This document shows positions 34,787-48,200 of a stretch of 64,000 nt of DNA, in pieces. The notes below the pieces were generated by a model. The model searched no databases. It worked only from the letters and a program-made list of their open reading frames with translations, and was not told the origin of the DNA. The DNA comes from Nymphaea colorata (lineage: Eukaryota). Position 1 is the first letter of the stretch, and each line of letters starts with the position of its first letter. Both the position numbers and the translations under genes were made by a program. The DNA is taken from contig NC_045138.2 in assembly GCF_008831285.2 (NCBI RefSeq), positions 43,276,001 to 43,340,000 on the forward strand. The letters run 5' to 3'.

Positions 34787-36230
34787 TGAAAGTTTCCTAA
34801 CCTCTTATAGCTTCAATGTTGAAGAGCTTGGGAAAGATCTCCACCAAATAATGTCTTCCTGGAAAAGCTAGGGCCTAATTCCTTAATTTTGTTATTAACT
34901 AGCCTATTGAGAAGGATACCATGTGCATCATCTATCTTGTATTATTCCTCATCATTAGCAAGATTTCGTGGTTAATTTAGCAAAGGCAAGCTGAATCATC
35001 CTCGTAAGGAAGATTAACACTTCCATTAGCAGTGTTGCAATCCATGAGCACATTATTGAGAGAGCAAGGAAGAAGTAAAAATGGAAAAATGGAAGAGAGA
35101 GGAGAGAGGAGAAAAAAATGTTGCATCTTTCGTTTAGGGCTAATTCCCCTATTAAATAGGGATTATTTAGCTAATGATCTTATTGTATTAGTAGAGAGTC
35201 CAAAATCTCAATTTGTTGTGTCTCTCTTACTTGGTTTTCAATGAACTGGTTACGACCAAAGAAAGAGTGTGTGAAAACCATTAATAAACTTTACCCTAAT
35301 CTCAAAGTTAAAGGAGATTAGGGCTGGCAGTAACAAAAATTATAATATCAGTCCAAATAAAATAAGATAATCTTTAAAAACATACACTCTAACTTTCTAA
35401 TATTGCAGAAAGACTCTGAACGACAGTTAAAGATATTTAACACTCTCCCTCAACCTGGAGCATAGATATCAATCACACGCAACTTGTTACATCCTCTCAA
35501 GAAGTCGTCTATGAAAAGAGCCGTGATAAAAATATCAACTGTCTGATCTTCAGATGAGACATGAATAGTACTAATTACTCCTTCATGTACCAAGTCCTAA
35601 ACATAATGACAGTCCACTTCGTTATCACAATACGTCTTCATCGGGAGATTCACTGACATGCCCAAATCTAAAAGCACTAATCTGACCTATGACATTTCAA
35701 CTGCAGTTTGGGCCATAGCCCTATGTTCAGACTCGGCACTAGATCGGGCAACTACATTCTGCTTCTTGCTCCTCCACAATATAAAATTACATCCAACAAA
35801 AACACAAAAACATGTAGTTTGACTTCTTGTCATCCACAGATCCTGCATAATCAGTATCACTAAAGGCTTCTATGTCAATACCTTCTCCCCTTTTAAACCA
35901 TAACATCTTCCCGAGGCTGATTTTAAGTATCTCGCCACCATTAATGCAGTCTCCCAATGAACCTTTCGAGGTTTTCCATGAATTGACTAAGCTTATTTAC
36001 AACAAAGATAATGTCAAACTGAATGACAGTCAAATATAAAAGTTTTCTTATCAAAGATTTGAATGATCTCGAGTCAACAGTCTTTGATTCATCATCATGA
36101 ATATAAACTAGCGGATTCATAGGAGGTGTGGCAGGCTTGACCCTCAATAAACCTGTTTCTGGCAAAAGATCAAGAACATATTTTCGTTGACACAATACAA
36201 CCCCTTTACTACTACAAGTCACTTCAATAC

Positions 36231-39200
36231 TGTTAGAATATATTGTAATGGGGAACCGGATCCATATCTGGACCCGGTCCTATGGGGCACGGATACCGAG
36301 GCAGGCTCGGTATCCTAGGCGGCATTCTTTCTCTCCCTCCTATATATTCTTCACTTACATGTAATTGTTGAGTTAAGTGAATGTTATATTCTCTCTCCTA
36401 GGGTTGCGGTTTGCCCCTAGGTCAGAGCTTCCCCGTGGTTTTTCACCTCTTTCTGAGGTTTTCCACGTATACTGTGTGTGTTTTCTCTACTCTCTCCTTG
36501 TGGTTCGTGTTTCTACATGGTATCAGAGCCACCGCGTGTGAGATCGTTGGTGTGCAAGTACTGTTTTTCCGCCGTTCACGTGCCGCCCCCATTGCCGTTT
36601 CCAGCACCGCCGCTGACACTGTTCCCAGCGCCGCTGCCGTCGTTGTTTCTACTGCTGTCGCCGACCAGGAACGCCGTCCAGGGACACCGCCGCCGTCCGG
36701 CACCACCGTCGCCGTCCGGCACCACCGTCGTCATCTTTCCCAGCGCCGTCGCCGGTGTGGATCTCTTCTTTGCTGCCGCCGTTCCCAGCGTCGTCCTGCC
36801 CTGCCCTGCTGCCGTCACAGGTCCCAGCGCCGCCGTCGACTGGGTTTTCTCCGCTGCCCTCTTCTTCCGCGTCGCTGCCGGCTGTCTTGTTTTCGCCGCC
36901 GGCCAGTTGTGACCTTCTTTGGGGATTGCCATGGCTGACGCAGTGATTTCCATGCTTGATGATGCCCTGGACACGGGCAGCAATACCAAGGGTGAGAACT
37001 TGCCTGTTCATGTCACCTCCATTCGGCTGAACAAGGATAACTATCTCTCGTGGTCTGCTGCCCTAGAAATCGGCATTACTAGTCGTGGTCGCCTGCACTA
37101 TATCACTGGCGAGAAGCCCCCACCTTCTAAAACTGATTCGCAATGGCCGACCTGGGCTTTGGAAGATAGTCAGGTTAAAGTATGGATTATTAGTTCGGCT
37201 TCCGCAGATATTCAGCCTTTGATCTTGCGTAAATCGACTGCTTATGATATGTGGACTGTTCTTGCACGTATGTATGGTCGTCAAAAGCGTGTTTTACGTG
37301 CATATCAAATCAAACGTAGCATATATGCTCTTAAACAGGGTGATTTATCTGTTGCCTCCTTCTATGCCGCCCTGAAAACCAAATGGGAGGAACTTGACTA
37401 TCATGTGAATGATGACTGGAAATGTGGTGTAGATCATGCCCTGTATTGGGAAAAGGAATGGATGGACCGCACCTTTATCTTCCTTGGAGGCCTGCGTGAT
37501 GAGTTTGAAACCATTCCGAGCCAGATTCTTAACTGTGATGAGATTCCTGGAATCGAAGAGGTGTATGCTCGTATTGAGTCTGAGGAGCAATGGCGCCAGA
37601 TTATGCATATTGACTCCCATCAGGGGAGCTCTCCAGCAGCTTTTGTGAGCCATACTTCAGGGACGGGGCAGCGTCCTACTCGACGATGCAGCCATTGCAA
37701 CAAAGTGGGTCATTCTGTTGATTTTTGTTGGGATCTTCATCCTGAGAAGCGTCTCGTCCGAGGTCGTCCTCCTCCTCATCGCCGTGCTCCTTCTGTGCCC
37801 GAGCCTTGTCCAGGGTCGACCAATGTTGCAAAATCCAAGCTCTCCTCAGATCAACTTAGAGAGTTGCAAGCATACATTAGTCGTTTGTCTACCCAGGATG
37901 ATGCTTCTACTTCTGAGGGGGCTAAGTTAGCCCAGGCCCTAGTTGCTACTAGTGATCAAGGTAATTCCTCCCTCGGTGATTGGATTGTTGACAGTGGGGC
38001 CACTCATCATATGACAGAGGACCCTACGATGTTTCAAGAGTACAGGTTGACCTCTGGGCAGCAGCGTGTGGCTATGGCTGATGGTTCCTCTATCTCTGTG
38101 GCTGGAAAAGGGAGTTTATCATTACTGAACAAATATTGTCTTCATAATGCCCTACATGTTCCCAACATTCCTGTCAATTTGTTATCTGTCAGCAGTATTA
38201 CCAAAGAGTTAAACTGTAATCTAATTTTCTCTGTTGATCGTTGTTTACTGCAGGACTTGGGGACGGGGCAGAAGATTGGGATTGGTTCGGTTATTGATGG
38301 CCTCTACAGACTGCCCGTACAAGTTGCTTCTGCTTTGATTTCAGCCACCAGTGGACAGTTGCCTGGCATGGAGGACAGATCCATCATTATGCGTTGGCAC
38401 GAGAGACTTGGTCATCTTACATTCCCGTTGCTTAAAAAGTTGTTTCCTAGGATGTTTCATTCTGTTTCTTTGGACACCTTCGTCTGTGAAGTGTGTCAGT
38501 TGTCTAAACATGTTAGGGCCTCGTACCCTATTTCATTCAATAAAGCCAACCGTCCTTTTGCTTTGGTTTATTCTGATGTTTGGGGTCCTTCGGGAGTACC
38601 CACTTGTCGTGGCTTTCACTATTTCATGACTCTTATTGATGACTATTCCCGGTGTACGTTCGTGTATCTGTTGAAAGAACGTAGTGAAGTTCCCGACATT
38701 GTCAAAAACTTTGTGGCATTTGTTGAAACTCAATTCCAGACCCCTGTTCAGACTCTTCGTACTGACAATGCTCGATAGTATGTCTCCCAATCCCTTGATG
38801 ACTTCCTGCGAAGCAAGGGTATTATACATGAAACATCCTGTAGCTACACACCTCCTCAAAATGGTGTGGCTGAAAGGAAGAACCGTCATTTGTTAAATGT
38901 CACCCGGGCCATTATGTTTCAACGTCATGTCCCTAAGCGGTACTGGGGTGATGCACTTCTCACTAGTGCTCATCTCATTAACCGTATGCCTACTCGTGTG
39001 TTGAATGGTCATTCCCCTTATTCTGTTTTGTGGCCTACTCAGAATCCCTGGCCTTTGACCCCTCGAGTGTTTGGGTGCGTTTGCTTTGTCCATGATCATA
39101 GTCCCACTCTCAAGAAACTTGATCCTTGGTCCATCAAAGCGGTCTTTTTGGGGTATTCCTCCACTCAGAAGGGATACAAGTGTGTTGACCCTAGCACTTC

Positions 39201-41519
39201 CAGAGTATATGTCTCCAGGGATGTTACCTTTCATGAACATGTGGCATACTTTCCTGCGACTCCTCGTCAGGGGGAGTGTCTAGGTGACAGAAGGGAAGAG
39301 TATTCTTCGCATCAGTTGATTCAGTTCATGGATTTCTTGGATTATACAGTTAGTTCTCCAAGTGTGGAAGACGTTGTCAGGAAGGACAGAGACAGTCAGA
39401 TGGAGGGGGGCCCTGTGGAAGAACAGCAGTCTCGAGGTCACTTATTTGGTCAGGTTTACAGCAGGAAGAAGAAGGATGTGATGGAAGATGTCGATGTTGA
39501 TGTTGCCAATCCCAATCTTCCCAATCTTGTGACCTCCCCGGATGATCCAAGTCCAATGAATGAAGAACTTCTCATAGCCCTGCGCAAGGGCACCAGGTCA
39601 TGTACTTCTCATCCTATTCAGAGATTTGTTTCATATGCTAAACTCAGTAAAGACTACAAGTGCTTTGTTACCTCTTTATCTATGGCTGTTATTCCCAGGT
39701 CAGTGGAAGATGCCAGGAAGGATCCTAAATGGCTACAGGCCATGACAGAGGAGATGGACGCCCTGGAAAAGAACAGTACGTGGGAGGTTGTTGACATCCC
39801 CAAGGGAACTCACTTAGTTGGTTCCAAGTGGGTGTTTAATGTGAAGTACAAACCTGATGGCACTGTAGAACGCTATAAAGCCCGTCTTGTTGCTAAAGGG
39901 TTTAGCCAGAAATATGGGATTGACTATCTTGAGACGTTTGCTCCCGTGGCGAAATTGAAGACCGTAAGGGTCATCCTAGCTCTTGCAATGCAGAAGAAGT
40001 GGAGCATGGACCAACTTGATGTCAAGAACGCCTTCTTGAATGGTCACCTTGAGGAAGAAGTCTATATGAGCATGCCGCCTGGATATGCTCGGAACGGGAA
40101 GTGTTGCTATCTCAAGAAAGCTTTGTATGGTCTCAAGCAGTCCCCTAGAGCGTGGTTTGAAAGACTAAGGGTTGTAATGAAGACTAATGGGTATAAACAG
40201 GGAAATGGTGATCACACCCTCTTCATCAAGCAGAGAAATGGTCTGGTGAGCCTTCTACTTGTATATGTTGATGATATGATTGTCACAGGTGACGACGAAA
40301 GGGAAAAAAGGAAGATGAAAGAAACGTTAGCTGCAGAATTCGATCTCAAAGATCTGGGCAAACTAAGGTATTTCTTGGGAATTGAGATCGCGCGGTCTGA
40401 GACTAGGCTTGTTATGAGCCAAAGAAAATACACTTTGGATCTTCTAAAAGAGACAGGTAAACTGGGATGCAGGCCCTTTCTTACCCCAATGGAGTCTGGC
40501 ACAAGAATAAGTATCAAATCTGGGACTATCTTGGATGAGGAAGGAAAAGGGAGGTATCAGCGGCTGGTTGGTAAACTTATTTATCTCACTCTTACTCGCC
40601 CAGATATTACGTATGCTGTGGGTGTGTTAAGTCAGTTTATGCATGCCCCTACTGATTGTCATTGGAAAAGTGCTGAAAGAGTATTGGGATACTTAATGAA
40701 TGACCCAGGGAAAGGATTGCTCTACACTCGACAAGATCGACTAAGTATTGAAGGATACTCTGATGCCGACTGGGCAGGATGCACAGATACTAGGAGGTCT
40801 ACCACAGGATACTGCATCTTTCTTGGAGGTAACCTTGTGGTCTGGAGAAGTAAGCGACAAGAAGTTTGTTCCAGGTCCAGTGCTGAGGCTGAATATAGGG
40901 CGGTTGCTATGGGGGTTACAGAGATGCTATGGCTCAAAATTCTTTTGGCAGATATTGGGGTTAAAATGGAAGAGAAGATGAGGATGTATTGTGACAACAA
41001 GTCTGCTATTAACCTGGCAAATAATCTGGTCATGCACGACAGGACTAAACATGTGGAGATCGATCACCACTTCATACGGGAACGCATAGATTCAAAGGAG
41101 TTGATTCTGCCCTATATGAAGTCTGAAGATCAAGTTGCAGATGTCTTAACTAAGTCTTTATGTACATCTCAATTTGAGAAAAATGTTAGCAAGCTTGGCA
41201 TGTTTGACATGTATGCCAAGCTTGAGGGGGAGTGTTAGAATATATTGTAATGGGGAACCGGGTCCATATCTGGACCCGGTCCTATGGGGCACGGATACCG
41301 AGGCAGGCTCGGTATCCTAGGCGGCATTCTTTCTCTCCCTCCTATATATTCTTCACTTACATGTAATTGTTGAGTTAAGTGAATGTTATATTCTCTCTCC
41401 TAGGGTTGCGGTTTGCCCCTAGGTCAGAGCTTCCCCGTGGTTTTTCACCTCTTTCTGAGGTTTTCCACGTATACTGTGTGTGTTTTCTCTACTCTCTCCT
41501 TGTGGTTCGTGTTTCTACA
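36231..41519 (+). mobile_element. Ty1/copia family B copy B2, full length with one nonsense mutation
   Basis: 287-bp LTRs at 36231-36517 and 41233-41519 with one mismatch by eye. TSD AATAC, PBS at 36518, PPT. Confidence 0.98.
36931..41238 (+). pseudogene. Copia Gag-Pol of B2 with a GAG>TAG stop at 38776-38778 in integrase
   Basis: ORFs 36919-38778 and 38866-41238 are in the same frame and align with B1. B1 has GAG at the position of the stop. Confidence 0.93.
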
Positions 41520-41746
41520 AATACTAATGAAATAATGGAGTTGACCAAGATCTTTGGTGACAAAGTGCTTGTGTAGAAATTCCTTTGTCTGATATCAATC
41601 TCGAAGAGAACAATATCATCAGCATACACAATCAGTATCACTATATCGGATGTGCTTCGCTTGATGAACAAGAAGAAATCTGGCTGAGATCTTTGAAATC
41701 CACACTTAGATACAACTTTTGTTAGCTTATGGAACCATGCACAGGG

Positions 41747-44700
41747 TGTAATGTTTCTTGTTGGGCAGGTCAGTCGGATCGGGTCCAGATCCAGACCCGA
41801 GCTCCACTCGTAGAAGGGAGCCCGTCGCGCGAGGGAGTTTTCCTCCCTCGACTTCTTCAGCGTCTTCTTCTTCTCCTTCTTCGACTGTTCCTCTGCTACG
41901 ACCGCAGCAAGGAAGAAGTGGGCGGACGGGTGGTTGCGGCGGTGGCTGGGACCGGCGACGGCGACGGCGGCAGCTCGTGGGTAATCTCTCTCGCCCTCTC
42001 TGTCTGCCTCTCCCCTCCCTGTCCCTCCTGCGCATCCTCCCCTCTCTGCAGCGTTCTCTCTCTCCCTCTTCCTCCCACGCAACATTACACGCTCCTCCTC
42101 TGCCTGCACTCTTCCCTCTCTGTCGGCACCCCCTCTCTCTCTCTCTCTCTCTCCCTCTCACGCACGCACTCTCACCCTCACTGCCATTTTCCCCTTTTTG
42201 TCTGAACCCTCTCTCTATCTGCCTCCCTCTGTCAGCGCCTCTCCCTGCCCACACGCTCCCTACTTGAGCTCTCTCTCCCAATTTTCTATTTGTTTTTCCC
42301 CTTTTCCCCAATTGAGCACTCTTCCTCACTGATTTTATCACTGTTTGACCGGATTTCAGTTTGGGGGACGTGTTCTTTTCTTCATAACAGCGATTAGATG
42401 GTGTTGGTGGTGGCGGCATTGCACGATTTTTGCCGCTTGGGGGATCGATTGAACGCTTGAGGTGGCTGCCGAGAGGATTACAGCAGTCTAGACTCTAATT
42501 TTGGGGTGAGCGAGGCTTAACCAAGCCTAAATCAACTGTTATTTTCTATTAGAGCATGTATAATTATTGTTTGAGCATGCTAAAATTTAGAATTTGATGA
42601 TTTGGGAGGCATGTTAACGACTTTACTTTTTGAAGAAAGTTTAGGATTACGTTGGAGAAGCGATGATTCATGTATATTTTGATCTTTTAAGCTTGAGGTG
42701 TTGATTTTCAAAGCAATAGGGAAGCATGGTAGAAATTGTGATGTTGTGGAGAAGATTTAGAACCGTCTTAGTAAGCACGTGGCGCATGCTTTTGTAAACG
42801 GGTGTATCTTGGCGTTATTTGGGGAAAGAATATGTAAGTTGGGTGTATTTTTGGGAAGACGCTTCAACTAAAAAAAAACATTTAAGAATGTGTTAATGAT
42901 GGATTGATCGAAGCCTTGAGTTTTAACATTTGGTGGCAACGTCAAGAAGTTGGGAAGCGGCCTATTGAAGGGCCTTGTGGTTCGACACTACCCGTCGATA
43001 CCCTTTTGAGGGGATGACTTGTGCCTCAATGATTTTGTTTTATATTTGTATGTTTTACTAAACTAAGCTAGTAAGGAATTTACTGCTCGTGTATGTTTGC
43101 AGGTACACCGGGCACGTCCCGTCGACCTTGAGCGATCAGATTCGAAGCTCGAGGCATTTTGAAGAGTTTTGTGAGCGCACGACAGGTATGGCGGCATTCC
43201 AGGCAAATCCCTGCCTGGGGCCAACGTGTGAATGTGTGTTCCTAGGATCGTAGGATCCTAGGATTGTGATGCGATTGAATGATTGCTTTATGAGTGAATG
43301 TATGTATGTATGCAAGTGATTTGATTCATGATAAAATTTGTTTTGAAAAGCTATTAGAAGCTTGTTTTGAAAATTGTTACGCATTTGCATGTACATGCTA
43401 GAATTGATAACTGCTTAGGACAGATGAGGCGGGGTATGGAGTCGAGTGTCTCCTCGACTCCAATTGTGCATTAGAAAGCATCCTAGAATGATAACTGCCT
43501 AGGACAGCTACGAGCCAATCACAGATCGAGACTACTCTCCGGAGGTTTGGCTAAGTTTTGAAAGATGTGAATGATGTGGTTGATAAGATGTGAGTGCTTA
43601 TGAATGTGAATGTTGTGAATTGTTGAATCTGCATTGCCACGGACAATGTTGCAAATGATTGAATTGGAGGGTAGTTGTACCCGTACAGTATGACGGCTAG
43701 CTAAGAATGTAATGATATGTATGGCCCTCGTGTGGAGGCAATTGGAGGTGTGGGTGCACTCGTGAAGTGTACCAACCTCATGAGCTAGCCAGTCATTTTG
43801 TGAATGTGCAATTATAATGATAATAATGAAATAATAAGAGATGAGAGACTAGTGGGATGTGGCTATGTATTTGGGAGTTGTCTCGCCTTCGCCACTGGTC
43901 TCGCCTGTTCGGAGCGCAGGCGGTGCAAGGCCCTAGGGTACTGTTGTGTGTTGTGCTTGGAGCGTTGGGCTCCCGCCTTCCCAACCTGGGTGTCCTAAGG
44001 AAGGCTGAGTATCTCTCCGTGGAATTCACGCACCCATGGATGAGTGCTCTACCGCTGCAGCGGATGAATGGATCCATACTGTTATGGGCCACCACGGGGG
44101 TTGTCACTCGGCCATGGTCCGCCCATGGTGTGCACGTGCCTGTGTTTGCACCCACAAGAACCGTCAATTCACTAAAGCTAATGAAATGAAAGAATGTGAA
44201 TGAAATGTATGCGATTGATGTGCATGTGATTTTGAAATTGTGTTATCTTGGCCATTGAGTGGTCTTTATATGTCGTGGTCTATGTGAGGGGTCTTCTTGG
44301 CAATGATGTGACTATGCCCTGACACGACATGATGATGATTTGTTTTTATGATTGTTATTATTTCATATTTGAGCCCTACTTGAGAGGGTTTGGGATTTTC
44401 CTGGCTTGTTGCCATACTGAGAAGGCTAAGCATTCAGTTCTTCTTTTTCAGGTTTTGGCAGACCCGAGGCAGCAGGTTGAGCAGATGGCTTCACTCACAT
44501 CCTACTGAGGAGGTTTTGGGTCGTTTGTAGTGCCGACGCGTCGTGTTTTGGGTTATATTAATGTCTTGTTGTTGTTAGGCATCAATCATATGATTTGGGG
44601 CGTTTTTGTCATACACATTGATGTATTTTGTAGCAACTGAAATTGTTATATAAATGAAAGTTTGCCCCATTGTTTTGAATTGTTTGGCTCATCTCATTTT

Positions 44701-44778
44701 GCATTGTTGTCTCGTCGCACCTCAATGTTTTATGTTTAGAAAAAAAAATTTGAGGGTCAAAAGGGTTGGGGTGTGACA
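41747..44778 (+). mobile_element. Ty3/gypsy-type (Tekay/Del-like) solo LTR, 3032 bp
   Basis: TGTAATGTTT...GGGGTGTGACA with TSD CAGGG (41742-41746 and 44779-44783). Non-coding, with a CT-rich 5' part, and homologous to 18458-32673. Confidence 0.9.
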
Positions 44779-45294
44779 CAGGGACTCTGTTTAAGTCCAT
44801 AAATGACCTGTCTGAGTTTGCATACCTTGGAACACTCCCCTTGTCGCTCAAAATTAGGTGGCTACAACATATAGATAGTTTCAGAGAGATCTCCATATAG
44901 AAAGGCAATTTTCACATCTAGTTGAAATAGAGACCAATCCAACTGGACAGCAAGAGAGATAATCAGGCAAATAGTGTGTAGCCGTGTCATGGGCGAAAAT
45001 ATCTCAAAGAAGTCAATCCCGTCGTGTATAGCCTTTCGCACCAAGACATGCTTTGAACCTTTCTACTGAACCATCAGAATGATACTTGTATAAATGTGAC
45101 TATAATAGTCACTAAAGAAGAATATGATAGAAAAAGGCACTAAAGCCACTTGAAAATATATCAATCTTATTGAATGAATGCCAAATGGCTGTGTAAAACA
45201 GCATACATTGTACAAGAGGCGGCCCAAGAATATATACAAGCAATAAGAGTGAAGGAGAGAAAGAAGAGAGGGCTTTTCTTGCCGTTGGAGGTTC

Positions 45295-48200
45295 CAAGTT
45301 GATATTCGGAAGGGACAAAGGACATATCGATTGTTCGGCTAAGATATTCTTCTCTCACATAGTGACAATCCATTTCAATATGCTTTGTCCTTTCATGAAA
45401 AGTATGATTGCTAGCAATGTAGATGGCACTTTTATTGTCACAACAGAGCTTGGTTGCTTCATTTAAGTCAATTCCAATGTCCTTCAATAAGCTTTTTAAC
45501 CATACAATCTCCATGGTGGTGGTGGCCATGGCACGATACTCTGCTTCAGTTGATGATAGAGAGACCTTATTTTGTTTTTTGCACCTCCACGAAATAAGAG
45601 TCACCTAGAAAAACACAAAGACCGGTGGTGGAATGTCTGTTATTAGGATCTCCACCCCAATCAGCATCAGTATAGGCAATCATATTCAAGTTTGATGAGG
45701 AGGATAGAAAAAGTCCTTTAGTGATTGTGTATTTGACATATCGAACAATCATCAATGCGGCTCCCATGTGTACAAAAGTGGGTCTTTGTTGAAACTGACT
45801 TATGACATGTACCGCATGTGATATGTCAAGCCTTGTGATGGATAAATATGTGAGAGCTCCAACCAATTGACGAAATGGAGTGGGATTTTCTAGAATTTCT
45901 CCATCATCAATCTTCATCTTTACTCCTAAGGCTTCAGGAGTGTCCACCACTTTGTCATCAGTGATTCCTGATCTGTTTATAATGTCATTGGCAAACTTCA
46001 TTTGTGAAAGTAAGTATCCTTTTCTACTATAAGCTACTTCAATACCAAGAAAATAGGTTAGTTTACCCAAATCAGTCATTTCAAATTCATTCTTTAGAAA
46101 ATCCTTTACCTGCATAATTCCGTTGACATCATTACCTGTAATAATCATATCATCTACATATAAAAGTAACACAATTATACCTACAGCAGTATTTTTAACA
46201 AACATAGCAGTGTCAGAATAGCAGGATTTAAAACCTTGTTTAAACATAACATTGCTAAACATGTCAAACTAAGTTTTTGGAGCTTGTTTCAAGCCATATA
46301 ATGCCTTCTAAGATAAAGAACTTTTCCTTGAGGTAAATCAAGCCCAGGGGGTGAATCCATGTATACCTCCTCATTTAAGTATCCATTCAAAAATGCATTT
46401 TTCACATCCAATTGATATATCGACCATTGTTTAATGGAAGCAATGGTAATAAGAGCTCTAATAGAGGTCATACGAGCAACAAGGGCAAAAGTTTCTTCGT
46501 AATCAATCTCATATTCTTGAGCATATCCTTTGGCAACAAGTCTAGCTTTATACCTTTCAAGTGATCCATCACCTCTAGTCTTGACTTTGTATACCCACCT
46601 ACATCCTATTGTCCTTTTCCCTATAGGAAGAGACACAATGTCCCAAGTTTTATTGTCTTCAAGGGCTCTAAGTTCACTGTTCATTGCTTCAATCCAATGT
46701 GGGTTAGTTTTGGCTTCAAGATAGGATAAAGGTTCAACATGAGAGTGAATAGCTAATAAGCAAGCTCTATGTTTTGGGGAAAAAGACTCGTAGGAGACAA
46801 ATTTTTGAGGTGGATGAAAAACTCTTTGAGATCTCCTAAGAGTAGGTTGAGACTCTTGGATGTTTTGTTGAGACCTTCTCTTATAAACTATAACTTCTCT
46901 TGGTGGAGATCTAAAAGGAGTACTCTCAACCTCATTTAGAGCATCATCATGTGAAGAAGGCAAAACATCATCATCATCATCATCATTATCATCATCATCA
47001 TCATTTATCCATAAAAAAGAATAGTCATCTTCATGCTTGGTTTTATTTTCATTAAAGCCATTTTCTTCTTCTAAAAATATCACATTTCTTGAAACATACA
47101 CTTTATCTTTTTCAATATCATAGCATCTATATCCTTTTTGAGTTTCGGAATAGCCAATAAAGACACATTGAATAGCCCTAGATGAAAGTTTGTCATTTTT
47201 GTCATTTAAAATGAAACATTTGCAACCAAAGACTTTGAATCTTTTATAAATTGGCTCCACATTAAAAAGTTTTTGAAAAGGTGAAATATTTTCTAAAACT
47301 TTAGAGGGCATTCTATTAATCAAGTAAATGGATGTTAGAATCGCTTCAGCCCAAAAATTTTTTGGAACATTTTTTGATATAAGAAGAGCTCTTGTTGTTT
47401 CAAGAATATGTCTATGTTTTCTTTCGGCAACTCCATTTTGTTGGGGGGGGGTTTTGGACAAGACTTTTGGTGTATAACTCCCTTTTCCTTTAGGAATTCT
47501 TCAAATTCATTGGAAATGAATTCAACCCCCAGAATCACTTCTAAAAATTTTAAGATTTGCATCAAATTGAGTTTTGATCATGTTGTAAAAGTTTTTAAAA
47601 TTCATAAAGACTTCCGATTTACGTTTAAGAAAGTAAACCCAAGCATATCGAGAGTAATCATCCACAAAAATGACATAATAAAGCAAACCACCTTTAGACA
47701 TAATAGGAGCGGGACCCCATACATCCGAATGCACTAATTCAAAAGGTGTCTTTGCAACAAAATTTCTATTTCCAAAAGGTAAAGCCTTAATTTTGGCTTT
47801 AATACAATCATCACAAGAGATCATTTCTTTACATTTCTCTTTCAAAAAAGGGATACAAGACATTTTTCCTAAACTTGAATGCCCAAGTCTTTGATGCCAA
47901 ACTTGAATGTCACTCTTCTTGACTACATTGCAAGTAGGGTTGGAAAGATCCAAAAAATCAACATAGTAGAGATCATTTTTCCTGGAACCTTCCCCAATCG
48001 TCTTCTTGGAAAGATGGTCCTGTATCAAAAATTTATGTTGTGAGAAGATAATATCACATCCATGATTTGTTATTTGAGAAACCGACAAGAGATTTAAGTT
48101 AAGTTTGGGAATAAATCTAACTTTTGGTATTTTAAAAACTTTTGAATTAAAATTTTGATCAATATTCCCAACACATTTGATTTCAAGAGGAGTTCCATCG

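Larger units (their letters stand above)
35247..45088 (-). mobile_element. Old, 5'-truncated copia related to family A (A3); RT is interrupted by element B2 and by a 3-kb solo LTR
   Basis: Degenerate 3' LTR at about 35247-35442 and PPT. RH/RT pieces at 35443-36230, 41525-41746 and 44784-45088 join into continuous RT (YGLKQSPCAWF) once the inserts are removed. Confidence 0.88.

Noticed and set aside
34802..34858. Exon-like minus-strand segment (TTTTCCAG...GAG|GTTAG) upstream of the first visible PUS3 exon
   Set aside because: No frame resembles the expected LN-x-x-LP-x-DIRV...F-x-AR segment; at most a cryptic exon.
41489..42419. Overlapping 150-230 aa ORFs rich in R/E/S/P
   Set aside because: Low-complexity GC- and CT-rich LTR sequence lacking stop codons; no domain motifs. 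The same applies to 62709-63227 and 18393-19261.
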